From contig CAWAOX010000011.1 in NCBI GenBank assembly GCA_963783835.1, positions 1,859 through 65,858 of the forward strand: 64,000 bases of DNA. The letters are read 5' to 3'. The notes below the pieces were generated by a model. It saw nothing but the letters and a program-made list of their open reading frames with translations, was not told the origin of the DNA and made no database searches. Origin of the DNA: an uncultured Actinomycetota bacterium (GTDB lineage Bacteria > Actinomycetota > Thermoleophilia > RBG-16-64-13). The first letter of the stretch is position 1; every line of letters begins with the position of its first letter. The translations under genes were made by a program, and so were the position numbers. Of the stretch, positions 10,040 through 20,012 are shown piece after piece.

Positions 10040-10435
10040 CTAGGCCTCCTCTCCCTGCTCGATTTTGGCTGCCGTGCCCGCCGCTTCGCGCGCGTCGCGC
10101 AGACAGGTCTTGAGATCGTAGAGAGCCAGACCCACCCGGCTGCCCTTCTTACCGGTCGCGACCGCGGTCATACCGTCGGGCCCCAACTCGCGAACCAGGA
10201 AGACGAGACCACCCGGCGCCTCCACCACCAACTGGGTGAGCGGCTGCGAACCCATCTTCTCGGCGCTCGCCTGACCCAGGCGCACCAACTCCTCGGCGTG
10301 CGTGACGGCGACGGAGAGGGCGGGCTCGCTCATGTTGGTCGCCACGACTCCCTCCGGCCCGAATACGACCGCCTTATCGATATCGGTCGAGATATCAAGC
10401 ATCTCCGCGAATGCGGCTTCAACCTCTTGCTTCAT
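10040..10435 (-). CDS. Roadblock/LC7 (MglB-like) domain protein
   Basis: 131 aa, with the alpha-beta-alpha pattern of Robl_LC7 (VVFGPEGVVATN ... LTQLVVEAPGGLVFLVREL ... AVATGKKGSRVGLALYDL). Confidence 0.75.
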   Translation of the reverse strand: MKQEVEAAFAEMLDISTDIDKAVVFGPEGVVATNMSEPALSVAVTHAEELVRLGQASAEKMGSQPLTQLVVEAPGGLVFLVRELGPDGMTAVATGKKGSRVGLALYDLKTCLRDAREAAGTAAKIEQGEEA

Positions 10436-10610
10436 CAGCGCCTCCGTTCCCAGAGATGGGCGACCCTTCCGCTTGCTGACCCAAGTTTACCACCGGGTCC
10501 GGACCCTCAAACGAGACGGGGCCGCCGCGGCCCCTGCGCACCTCTCGGTGCACCGGCCGTGGCGGCCCCGAACGGCGGCGCCTCGCGGCGCCCGCCGGCC
10601 GTTGTCTCTC

Positions 10611-12254
<1,644 letters not shown>

Positions 12255-12305
12255 TTACTTACTCTGAGGAACCGACGTCTCGAAAAGCATTGAACGCGAA
12301 GAGGG

Positions 12306-12602
12306 CTACTCTCCGGGCAGCACACCGATGATGTCGGTGAGGCCGCGAAGGACCAGGTACTCTTCCCCATCAAGCTTGAGCTCGGTGCCTGCGTACTTGG
12401 CGAAAACGACGAGATCGCCCGCCTTGACCGGCATGGGGATGAGATCGCCCTTTTCCGAGTATTTGCCCGGACCCACCGCTTCGACCCGCCCTTTGGACGG
12501 CTTCTCTTTGGCCGTGTCCGGAAGGACGATACCAGTCGCGGTCACCTGCTCCTGCTCGATGATCTTGACGACGACCCTGTCCTCGAGTGGCACTAGTTTC
12601 AT
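12306..12602 (-). CDS. groS: co-chaperonin GroES
   Basis: MKLVPLEDRVVVKIIEQEQVTATGIVLPDTAKEKP. The ATG at 12602 is preceded by GGAGGG at a 6-nt spacing; the track start at 12608 is a TTG. Confidence 0.97.
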   Translation of the reverse strand: MKLVPLEDRVVVKIIEQEQVTATGIVLPDTAKEKPSKGRVEAVGPGKYSEKGDLIPMPVKAGDLVVFAKYAGTELKLDGEEYLVLRGLTDIIGVLPGE

Positions 12603-12682
12603 GCGCAACCCTCCTATCCATAGCTTGTTTGACTCTTGCTCTCTTGTGCCTGGAACAGGCAGTTTAAACCTGCCTCACAGAA

Positions 12683-12709
12683 TTGGCACTCTAGCCCACC
12701 GAGTGCCAA
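12683..12709 (-). promoter_or_regulatory. CIRCE operator (HrcA binding site) of groES-groEL
   Basis: TTGGCACTC-N9-GAGTGCCAA is a perfect 9-bp inverted repeat with a 9-nt spacer. It is a close variant of the consensus TTAGCACTC-N9-GAGTGCTAA and lies about 80 nt upstream of groES. Confidence 0.85.
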
Positions 12710-12718
12710 CCGGCGCAT

Positions 12719-12747
12719 ATATTATGCCCAGAGCGAGGATTTGTCAA
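12719..12747 (-). promoter_or_regulatory. sigma-70-type promoter of groES-groEL
   Basis: The minus strand reads TTGACA - 17 nt - TAATAT, immediately upstream of the CIRCE element. Confidence 0.7.
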
Positions 12748-12750
12748 ACG

Positions 12751-14265
12751 TCAAGGGAGAGTGCCAACGGCCGTGGACCACCGGCCCAGAGGCAGCGAGG
12801 CGGAAGCGTCGACATCGAGATACTCGGGATAGGACAGGGATGGCCCGGCCAGAGCGGCGGCCCCGATCATTGCGGCGTTATCGGTGCAGTACGCGAAAGG
12901 CGGGACGACCACGTGCAGCCCGGCGGCCTCTCCCCTCTCGCGCAGTCGGCGCCTGAGGAGAGAATTGGCCGCTACCCCGCCGGCCACGCCCAGCGTACGC
13001 GCGCCTTCGCGCTGGGCGGCCTTCACCGATTTGCCCACGAGCGCTTCGACGATCGCTTCCCGGTAGGAAGCGGCCACGTCGGCCGCGCGGTCCGCCCGCT
13101 CTTGGGCGCTCATGTCCCGCAACAGGTAGTACAGCGCAGTCTTGACGCCGGAGAAGGAGAAGTCGGGCCGGGTCGACCGCTTGAGTCCCACCGGGAACGC
13201 GAAGGCCTTCGGGTCGCCTCTCTCGGCCAGTTCGTCAAGTTCCCGTCCGCCCGGGTAACCCAAGCCAAGCAGACGGGCTCCCTTGTCGAACGCCTCTCCA
13301 GCGGCGTCATCCAGGGTCTGTCCCAGCAGCCTGTAGGTCGTCCGGTCGTCAACGGCGACCAGCGACGTGTGCCCGCCCGACGCCACGAGGGTGACCATGG
13401 GAAGAGGTGCCTCGCCGTCCGCCAGCCAGACGGCCGCCAGGTGACCGTGGAGATGGTTCACCGGGTAGAGCGGCAGACGGCGGGCCCACGCGATGGCTTT
13501 GGCGGTCTGCACCCCGACGAGAAGAGCGCCGATGAGTCCAGGGCCGACCGTAACGGCCACTCGGCCCAGATCGCCCATACCCACCCCGGCTTGGTCGAGC
13601 GCCTCTCGGACCACGGCGCTCATCCTCTCGACGTGCGCCCGGCTGGCGACTTCCGGGACCACCCCTCCGTACCGCTCGTGGATGGAATCCTGGGAATGCA
13701 CGATATTCGAGAGCACCTCTCCGGAGGCCGACAGAACCGCCGCGGCCGAGTCATCACAGGAGGATTCGATGGCAAGCAGGGGTCCCTCCGGCAGGGGACG
13801 CCCGGGCTCGGCCGGTTGGGCGGTCCCGACCGCGCGCATCATCACCAGAGCGTCCTCCCCCGTGTCGGAGTAGTAGCGCTTGCGAGTGCCGACCTTCGAG
13901 AAACCCCATTTCGCGTAGAGGGCAAGCGCCTCGGTGTTTCGGGGCCTCACCTCGAGGAACACCGGACGGCCGGCTTTATCCGCGGCCCGGACGAACGCGG
14001 AGAGCAGCCGGCCCGCGACGCCGCGCCCACGCGCCCAAGGTGCGACGGCCACGTCCATAAGATGCCAGGCGTCCGGGTAGTCGCGCCCGATAAGGAAGCC
14101 GGCCACCTCCCCCCGCTCGGTCTGCGCGATCTCCCGCCAGCTCAGGACCTGTCGGAGCTCTTCCTCGAACATCTCGGGAGTCCAGGGCAGAGAGAATGAC
14201 TGGCGCTCTATGGCGATCACCGCGGGTACGTCGCCCGCGCACATCTTCCGGGTCGCGATAACCAT
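12751..14265 (-). CDS. tsaD: fusion protein: RimI-type N-acetyltransferase (N-terminal) plus tRNA t6A37 threonylcarbamoyltransferase TsaD (C-terminal)
   Basis: Residues 1-145 are GNAT (RGRGVAGRLLSAF, LEVRPRNTEALALYAKWGF). Residues 160-504 are TsaD/Kae1 (LLAIESSCDDSAAAV, NHLHGHL, GPGLIGALLVG). Both lie in one uninterrupted frame. Confidence 0.9.
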   Translation of the reverse strand: MVIATRKMCAGDVPAVIAIERQSFSLPWTPEMFEEELRQVLSWREIAQTERGEVAGFLIGRDYPDAWHLMDVAVAPWARGRGVAGRLLSAFVRAADKAGRPVFLEVRPRNTEALALYAKWGFSKVGTRKRYYSDTGEDALVMMRAVGTAQPAEPGRPLPEGPLLAIESSCDDSAAAVLSASGEVLSNIVHSQDSIHERYGGVVPEVASRAHVERMSAVVREALDQAGVGMGDLGRVAVTVGPGLIGALLVGVQTAKAIAWARRLPLYPVNHLHGHLAAVWLADGEAPLPMVTLVASGGHTSLVAVDDRTTYRLLGQTLDDAAGEAFDKGARLLGLGYPGGRELDELAERGDPKAFAFPVGLKRSTRPDFSFSGVKTALYYLLRDMSAQERADRAADVAASYREAIVEALVGKSVKAAQREGARTLGVAGGVAANSLLRRRLRERGEAAGLHVVVPPFAYCTDNAAMIGAAALAGPSLSYPEYLDVDASASLPLGRWSTAVGTLP

Positions 14266-14272
14266 CTCCGTC

Positions 14273-15172
14273 CTACCGGTCCGGGACCGGGGCGGCCCAC
14301 GGATCTCTCATCTTGGTGATGTGGATGTCGGCGTCGGGCGAGCGGACGTAGATGGGCTTGACCGCCTCGGGGCTTCCCGGCTCGCCTATCCCGCAGATCT
14401 CCCGCCCGGCCGCCGAGCGGCCGGAGAGGACGGCTTCGATCCAGGGGCCCAGCCGAGCCCCCCCCACTTCGCCCGGTTCCCCCAGCCGGCTCTGCCCGGC
14501 CAGCAGGCGTTCCGCTCGCACCTCCTGCGCTAGCAGGGCGATAGCCGGGCTCACGCCGGCGCCGCCCACCGAGAGTCCGCCGACGTCGCCTACGACCAAC
14601 GCCCGGGACTCGCCCTGCGACGTGCCGCTCACTGCCGCCAACTGCGCCGCGAGGGAATCACGATCGCAGGCCGCAAACGGCTCGCTCCGAGCGTACGCGG
14701 ACCCTTCCGCATGGTACAGGCCGTAGAACACCTGGCCTCGGCGGGCGTCGACAACGGGAACGATAAGGTCCGCGCGGTCCTCCTGGTCCCCGTGGTCTAG
14801 TTGCGAGGCCGCTTCGGCCGCCAGCGCGCTCAAGGTGCTGATGCCGATCACGGGGATGGCGAGAGCGAGCGCGAGCGCGCGCGCCGTGGCCACCGCGATC
14901 CTCACCCCGGTGAAGGTACCCGGCCCTATACCGGCGACTATGGCGGCGATGTCGGCCGGCGTCCTTCCGGTCTCGTGCAGCATGTCGTCTACCAGGCGCA
15001 GAAGCACGCGGGCCTGCCCCCGGCTGTCGATATCGGTGCGATGCGCCAGCACCTGCCAGCCGCGGGCCCTCTCGTCGCCGGGCGCCGGGTGTGGCGCTCC
15101 GGCGGCGGCAAGCAGAGCCGTCGTCGAAGCGCTGGTCGAGCCATCCATGGCCAGGACCAGTCCCCTGCTCAT
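14273..15172 (-). CDS. tsaB: tRNA t6A37 complex subunit TsaB (YeaZ)
   Basis: VLAMDGSTSASTTALL, VAGIGPGTFTGVRIAVATARALA and the C-terminal PIYVRSPDA are present. At 299 aa it is longer than usual. Confidence 0.9.
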   Translation of the reverse strand: MSRGLVLAMDGSTSASTTALLAAAGAPHPAPGDERARGWQVLAHRTDIDSRGQARVLLRLVDDMLHETGRTPADIAAIVAGIGPGTFTGVRIAVATARALALALAIPVIGISTLSALAAEAASQLDHGDQEDRADLIVPVVDARRGQVFYGLYHAEGSAYARSEPFAACDRDSLAAQLAAVSGTSQGESRALVVGDVGGLSVGGAGVSPAIALLAQEVRAERLLAGQSRLGEPGEVGGARLGPWIEAVLSGRSAAGREICGIGEPGSPEAVKPIYVRSPDADIHITKMRDPWAAPVPDR

Positions 15173-15176
15173 GGTT

Positions 15177-15647
15177 TCACGCCGCCTGCCAGCGCTCTCT
15201 GGCCTCCTCTGTCATCGCCTCGATCTCGACCGAGCGCTCGCGCGGCGACACGTGGTCCAAGCGCACTTTCCAGGCAGGCGCTCCCAGCCGCCCGATGCCC
15301 GCCTGAGGCCATTCCACGAGCGTCACCCCCTCGCCTCCCACGTACTCCTCGAGTGCGAGGGCATCATCATCGCCTATCTCATCCAGCCGGTACAGATCCA
15401 GGTGTTGGATGAGCAACGTGCCTGCGTAGATGTTGGCGAGCGTGAACGAGGGACTGCGAACGGGGTCCGTGACCTCCAGGGCTTCGGCGATGGCTCTGAT
15501 GAGTGTGGTCTTTCCGGCGCCGAGAGGCCCGTAGAACAGCACGAGATCGCCCCGCCTCAGCGCTTTCGCCAGCCTGCGCCCGATCCGCCTCAGCTCGCCC
15601 AGACCCACACTTTGCCGGCGCAGCACCAGGTGAGTCCCGTCTACCAC
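15177..15647 (-). CDS. tsaE: tRNA t6A37 complex ATPase TsaE
   Basis: LVLFYGPLGAGKTTLIRAIA, SPSFTL and HLDLYRL are present. The start is set to GTG at 15647, which overlaps the UDG stop; the upstream part of the track ORF overlaps UDG. Confidence 0.88.
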   Translation of the reverse strand: MVDGTHLVLRRQSVGLGELRRIGRRLAKALRRGDLVLFYGPLGAGKTTLIRAIAEALEVTDPVRSPSFTLANIYAGTLLIQHLDLYRLDEIGDDDALALEEYVGGEGVTLVEWPQAGIGRLGAPAWKVRLDHVSPRERSVEIEAMTEEARERWQAA

Positions 15648-16378
15648 AGAGGCAGCTGCTCCACGCGGTTGGAAGTGGCACCCAGGTTCTTGGGCGTGTC
15701 GGCGGTGCGCACCTCGGTCCCGCCCGAGGCGGCCGGGCTGCCGCATTCCTCCTTCTCCACCTCGTCCGGCCGCGAAGCCAGGCCGTGAGAGAGGAGGTAC
15801 CGCAGTTTGGCGAAATCCTGCTCGAGGACCTGACGGTTGGAGGGCGCGTACAGCGCTGCCGCGGGATGGAAGACCGGAAAGACGATGGTATTCACTCCCC
15901 CGATCTCGCGCTGCTTGGCCTTCCCGTGAACGGCGGTCATGCTCAGCTCGGTCTCGGCCAACAACTTGGTGGCGAAGCGCCCGAGGGTGCAGATGACCCG
16001 CGGCCTGATGATGGCTATCTGGTCCATGAGATGCGGAGTGCAGGCCTCGATCTCGTCGGGGACGGGGTCGCGATTGTCGGGGGGACGGCACTTGACGACA
16101 TTGGCGATGTAGACTTCGGCTCTGGTCAGGCCTATCTGGCCCAAGAGTTCGGTGAGCAGCTTGCCCGCGGCCCCCACGAACGGCTCGCCCTGCTTGTCCT
16201 CATGAAAGCCGGGGCCCTCGCCTACGAACAGCAGTCCGGCGTCTGGGTTTCCCACTCCGAACACCACCTGGGTGCGGCCTTCGCAGAGCCTGCAAAGACG
16301 GCACTCACGCACCGACTCCTCAAGCGCGCGAAGAGGCTCCGCCCCGCTGTTTCCGCCTATCTCCCTAGTCTCGCCCAT
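15641..16378 (-). CDS. uracil-DNA glycosylase, family 4
   Basis: Cys pairs CRLCRLC and the GEGPG ... EPFVGAAGKLL motifs are present. Confidence 0.9.
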   Translation of the reverse strand: MGETREIGGNSGAEPLRALEESVRECRLCRLCEGRTQVVFGVGNPDAGLLFVGEGPGFHEDKQGEPFVGAAGKLLTELLGQIGLTRAEVYIANVVKCRPPDNRDPVPDEIEACTPHLMDQIAIIRPRVICTLGRFATKLLAETELSMTAVHGKAKQREIGGVNTIVFPVFHPAAALYAPSNRQVLEQDFAKLRYLLSHGLASRPDEVEKEECGSPAASGGTEVRTADTPKNLGATSNRVEQLPLW

Positions 16379-16446
16379 GCTGCTGTCAGGGTATCAGAAG
16401 AGACAAGGGCACGACGCCGAGATGGCGCGCGTTACAGTCACCGCCG

Positions 16447-16475
16447 TTGTCCGGCGGTAGGGCGGCTGTTATGCT
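16447..16475 (+). promoter_or_regulatory. candidate promoter of the DUF2520 / HPS-RraA operon
   Basis: TTGTCC - 17 nt - TATGCT, with a TGt extended -10. It is followed by a leader of about 155 nt. Confidence 0.5.
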
Positions 16476-16635
16476 ACCCGGGCACCGCGCGGGGAGCCGA
16501 GCGTCGATCTGTGGCCGGACCGCCTACCTTACGGAGGCGTAGCCGGCAACGCAGGACCTGGGTGAACCTTGCGGTCGAGGGAAGGACCGAGCCACGTCTG
16601 GTATCTCTGGGCAGAACTGGAACAGGCAGGTATCC

Positions 16636-17592
16636 ATCGAAGCCTCAGCTACATCTCTACGCTTCGCCGTCATCGGCGCCGGCCGCCTCGGCGCCAGCTT
16701 GGCTCTTGCCCTCCGCCAATGCGGACAGACGCTTGTGGGTTTCACCGCGGCCTCTGCTCCCGGCAGGGCGAAAGCCGAGGGATGGCTGGGCCTCCCCGCA
16801 TCGCCCGCCCTCTCCGACCTGGTGAAGGCGCGCCCCGACGTGTACTTCGTCTGCGTGCCCGACGGCGCGGTCACCGACGTTGCCGCGGCGCTGGGAGCGG
16901 AACTGCGCCCGGCGACCGGAGTCACCCCAGGCGGCGCGGACACCTTGCCGCGCACGGGGGCCGGCGCTGCCCACTGCCCTGTCGTGGCGCACACCAGCGG
17001 AGCCACCTCCGTCTCGGCGCTGAGGTCCTGCGAAGAAGCGGGCGCGGCGACCCTCGTGTTCCACCCTCTTCAGACCTTCCCCGAGCCTCTGACCGGCGCC
17101 ACGCGGTTCGCCGGCGCCGGGGTTGCGATAACCCCGGGCCCGGCCGACTCCGACACAGCCGGGACGCTGGGGATCAAACTCGCCGGCCTCCTCGGGATGC
17201 GGTCCTTTTTGCTCGCCGACGACAAGCGCGGCCTCTATCACGCCGCGGCCACGGTCGCCTGCAACTATCTGGTTACTCTGGAGTACCTGGCCGACCAGCT
17301 CTTTGCGAAAGCGGGCGTGCCGGAGCGGGTCGCCCTGTCCCTTTTCCTGCCGTTGGTCAGAGCCACGCTCGAGAACCTGGCTGCCCGCGGACCGGTGGAT
17401 GCGCTCACCGGGCCTCTCAGCCGGGGCGACGCGGCCACGATCTCGAGGCATCTCGAGGCACTGGCTGCCGACGCCCCCGAGATACTCCCGGTGTACCGCG
17501 CGCTCGGCCTGGCGACCCTCGACCTGGTCGCCGCCCGGCACGAGGTGGATCCCGTGGCGATTGCCCGACTGCACGGCCTCCTGGCCGAGTGA
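16636..17592 (+). CDS. Rossmann-fold oxidoreductase of the DUF2520 / ProC-like family (possibly PanG-type ketopantoate reductase); start codon unresolved
   Basis: The track ORF starts at TTG 16699, but the dinucleotide-binding motif FAVIGAGRLGAS (16663..16698) lies upstream in the same frame. That frame has no ATG, GTG or TTG back to the stop at 16540. ATC at 16636 is used here only as a placeholder. The C-terminal LTGPLSRGD matches my recollection of DUF2520. Confidence 0.7.
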   Translation: MEASATSLRFAVIGAGRLGASLALALRQCGQTLVGFTAASAPGRAKAEGWLGLPASPALSDLVKARPDVYFVCVPDGAVTDVAAALGAELRPATGVTPGGADTLPRTGAGAAHCPVVAHTSGATSVSALRSCEEAGAATLVFHPLQTFPEPLTGATRFAGAGVAITPGPADSDTAGTLGIKLAGLLGMRSFLLADDKRGLYHAAATVACNYLVTLEYLADQLFAKAGVPERVALSLFLPLVRATLENLAARGPVDALTGPLSRGDAATISRHLEALAADAPEILPVYRALGLATLDLVAARHEVDPVAIARLHGLLAE

Positions 17593-17632
17593 GACTATGG
17601 CGGAAGACGTACGCAAACAGGAAGGAACTCGA

Positions 17633-18085
17633 ATGTCAGTAGCGCCTGGAACATCAGGCCCCGTGACGGTGGTCACCGACACCATCCTCTTCAACTCCAA
17701 CGGCGACGCCGACATGGTGAACCTCACCGAGGATGTCCGCCGCCTGGTGAGCGAGACCGGCCTGCGCGCCGGGACCGTGACGGTCTTCGTCCCCGGCGCC
17801 ACAGGGGCCGTCACCACGCTCGAGTTCGAGCCCGGGGTCGTGCAGGACTTCCGCGACCTCTTCGACCGCATCGCCTCTTCTGGAGAGCACTACAACCACA
17901 ACGACACCCATCCGGATGTCAACGGGCACGCGCACGTGCGCGCCGGACTCCTGGGGCCCTCTCTGGTGGTCCCCTTCGACGACGGGAAGCCCTGCCTGGG
18001 CCGCTGGCAGGAGATCTGTTTCGTCTGCTTCGACAATCGCCCCCGCGAGCGCACGGTGATCGTGCAGACGCTTGGAGTCCGCTAG
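17633..18085 (+). CDS. YjbQ/UPF0047 family protein (secondary thiamine-phosphate synthase-like)
   Basis: FVPGATGAVTTLEFEPGVVQDF ... HNDTHPDVNGHAHVRAGLLGPS is typical of YjbQ. The ATG at 17633 is preceded by GGAAGGA; an in-frame ATG at 17597 is an alternative start. Confidence 0.82.
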   Translation: MSVAPGTSGPVTVVTDTILFNSNGDADMVNLTEDVRRLVSETGLRAGTVTVFVPGATGAVTTLEFEPGVVQDFRDLFDRIASSGEHYNHNDTHPDVNGHAHVRAGLLGPSLVVPFDDGKPCLGRWQEICFVCFDNRPRERTVIVQTLGVR

Positions 18086-18106
18086 ATCATCGAGGAGGAC
18101 AGTTAT

Positions 18107-19393
18107 ATGAAACCGGTTCTGCAGTTGGCTCTTGACTTCGTCGACCTCCCGCGCGCGCTTCTGGTCGCGGAAGAAGCCGTGGCAGGAGGGGCCGACTGGC
18201 TCGAAGCCGGGACGCCGTTGATCAAGAGCGAGGGCCTCCAGGCGGTCCGCGAACTGAGGGCCCGCTGGCCGGAACACGTCGTGGTGGCCGATATGAAGAC
18301 CATGGACGCCGGACGGGCGGAGGTGGAATACGCGGCCAAGGCCGGGGCCAAAGTGGTGGGCGTGCTCGGCGCGGCCTCGGACGCCACCATCCAGGAGTGC
18401 GTGGAAGCGGCCCGCAACTATGGGGCCGAGATCATCGTGGACATGGTCCAGGTCGAGGACGTCGTCGCCCGCGCCAAAGCGGCAGAGCAGATGGGCGCGA
18501 GCTACATCGGGATCCACATCGCCATCGACGAGCAGATGCAGGGCAAGACCCCCTGGGACACACTCCGGCAGGTAGCGCAGGCCGTTTCTATCCCGATCGC
18601 GGTCGCCGGGGGCATCAACTCCGAGACGGCCCCGCTGGCGATCGAAGCAGGCGCCTCGGTCGTCATCGTCGGCGGCGCCATAACGAAGGCCGCCGATGCC
18701 ACCGCGGCGACCCGGACCATCAAGCAGGCCATGGAGACGCTCGTCCCTGCCGAATCGGAGTTCTTTGTGCGCGCCACCGGTCCGGACGTGCGCGACAAGC
18801 TGGCGCGGGTCTCAGCGGCGAACGTCTCCGACGCCCTCCACCGCACCGGCGATATCCCGGGGCTGCGGCCGCTGGCCCCCGGCTCCAAGTTGGTCGGTCC
18901 GGCGCTTACCGTCCGCACCTATCCCGGCGACTGGGCGAAACCGGTCGAGGCCATCGATCACGCGCAGCCCGGCGATGTGATCGTCATCGACGCGGGTGGC
19001 GTCCCTCCCGCCATCTGGGGAGAACTGGCGACGAACTCTGCGATACAGCGGGGCGTCGCCGGCGTGGTTATCTTCGGCGGGGCTCGAGACACCGGCGATA
19101 TCCGGGCCCTCGGCTTCCCGCTCTTCTGCTCGCTCGTGACCCCCACGGCCGGTGAGCCGAAGGGTTTCGGCGAGATCGGGATCCCGATACGGATCTCCGG
19201 AGTCCGGGTATCTCCTGGAGACTGGATCATCGGTGACGACGACGGCGTCTGCGTCATCCCTCGGGAGAAGGCCGTGGAATATACGAACAGGGCGATGGAC
19301 GTGCTCGAACGTGAGAACCGGCTCCGCAAGGAGATACAGGCGGGCAGCACGCTCAGCCAGGTCGGATATCTGCTGCGGTGGGAGAAACGGTGA
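18107..19393 (+). CDS. bifunctional 3-hexulose-6-phosphate synthase-like (OMPDC fold) / RraA-family aldolase-decarboxylase-like protein
   Basis: Residues 1-210 are HPS/KGPDC-like (LQLALDFVDL, VVADMKTMDAG, IAVAGGI). Residues 225-428 are RraA-like (GELATNSAIQRGVAGVVIFGGARD, DDDGVCVIP). It is a single frame of 428 aa. Confidence 0.85.
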   Translation: MKPVLQLALDFVDLPRALLVAEEAVAGGADWLEAGTPLIKSEGLQAVRELRARWPEHVVVADMKTMDAGRAEVEYAAKAGAKVVGVLGAASDATIQECVEAARNYGAEIIVDMVQVEDVVARAKAAEQMGASYIGIHIAIDEQMQGKTPWDTLRQVAQAVSIPIAVAGGINSETAPLAIEAGASVVIVGGAITKAADATAATRTIKQAMETLVPAESEFFVRATGPDVRDKLARVSAANVSDALHRTGDIPGLRPLAPGSKLVGPALTVRTYPGDWAKPVEAIDHAQPGDVIVIDAGGVPPAIWGELATNSAIQRGVAGVVIFGGARDTGDIRALGFPLFCSLVTPTAGEPKGFGEIGIPIRISGVRVSPGDWIIGDDDGVCVIPREKAVEYTNRAMDVLERENRLRKEIQAGSTLSQVGYLLRWEKR

Positions 19394-19419
19394 CCCTCTG
19401 GGCGAGGTGGTGACCTGCG

Positions 19420-20004
19420 ATGTCGTTCTTCGGCCTGACTGCTCCCCTCTTCAAGCTGAGCCGGCACCGTTGGGCGGAGTCCGATTTTGAGCACCTCGCG
19501 GAGTTTGTGCGGCCATGCGTGCCCCCGGGGGGTCTCCTTCTGGACCTGGGCGGCGGGACCGGTGACCTCGGCCTCGGGATGGGCCGGGTGCTGGGGGCCC
19601 GGGTAGTGGTGGCCGACCTGACTCCGGAGATGCTGCAGCGCGTGTCTCCCGATCCATCGGTGTCGGTCCGACTGACGGCCGCCGAAGCACTGCCGTTTCC
19701 CGATGGGCACTTCGACGGGCTCCTGTGCTCGGACGCCTTCCATCACTTCCGCGACCAGGACGCCGCCACCAGGGAGATGGCTCGGGTGGTCAAGCCCGGG
19801 GGCTGCGTGCTCGTCTTCGAGTTCCGCCGAGCCGGTCTCGGCAGGTTCCTCGTCTCCGCGGAGCGATTGCTCGGCGAGCCGGGAGCGTTCATGGAACCGG
19901 ATGAGTTGCGCGCGTACTTGGCCGCGCGGGGCATCGAAGGGAGCATCACCGATAGAGGCTTCATCGCCTACAGCTTCATCGGCCGCACGGCGGCAGGGGG
20001 GTAA
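19420..20004 (+). CDS. class I SAM-dependent methyltransferase
   Basis: Motif I is LLLDLGGGTGD and the post-II region is VKPGGCVLVFE. Confidence 0.85.
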   Translation: MSFFGLTAPLFKLSRHRWAESDFEHLAEFVRPCVPPGGLLLDLGGGTGDLGLGMGRVLGARVVVADLTPEMLQRVSPDPSVSVRLTAAEALPFPDGHFDGLLCSDAFHHFRDQDAATREMARVVKPGGCVLVFEFRRAGLGRFLVSAERLLGEPGAFMEPDELRAYLAARGIEGSITDRGFIAYSFIGRTAAGG

Positions 20005-20012
20005 ACGGAAGA

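Noticed and set aside
10040-10435. Roadblock gene as part of an actinobacterial conservon (cvnA-D).
   Set aside because: No sensor-kinase-like, DUF742 or small-GTPase genes are adjacent. Only the Roadblock component is present.
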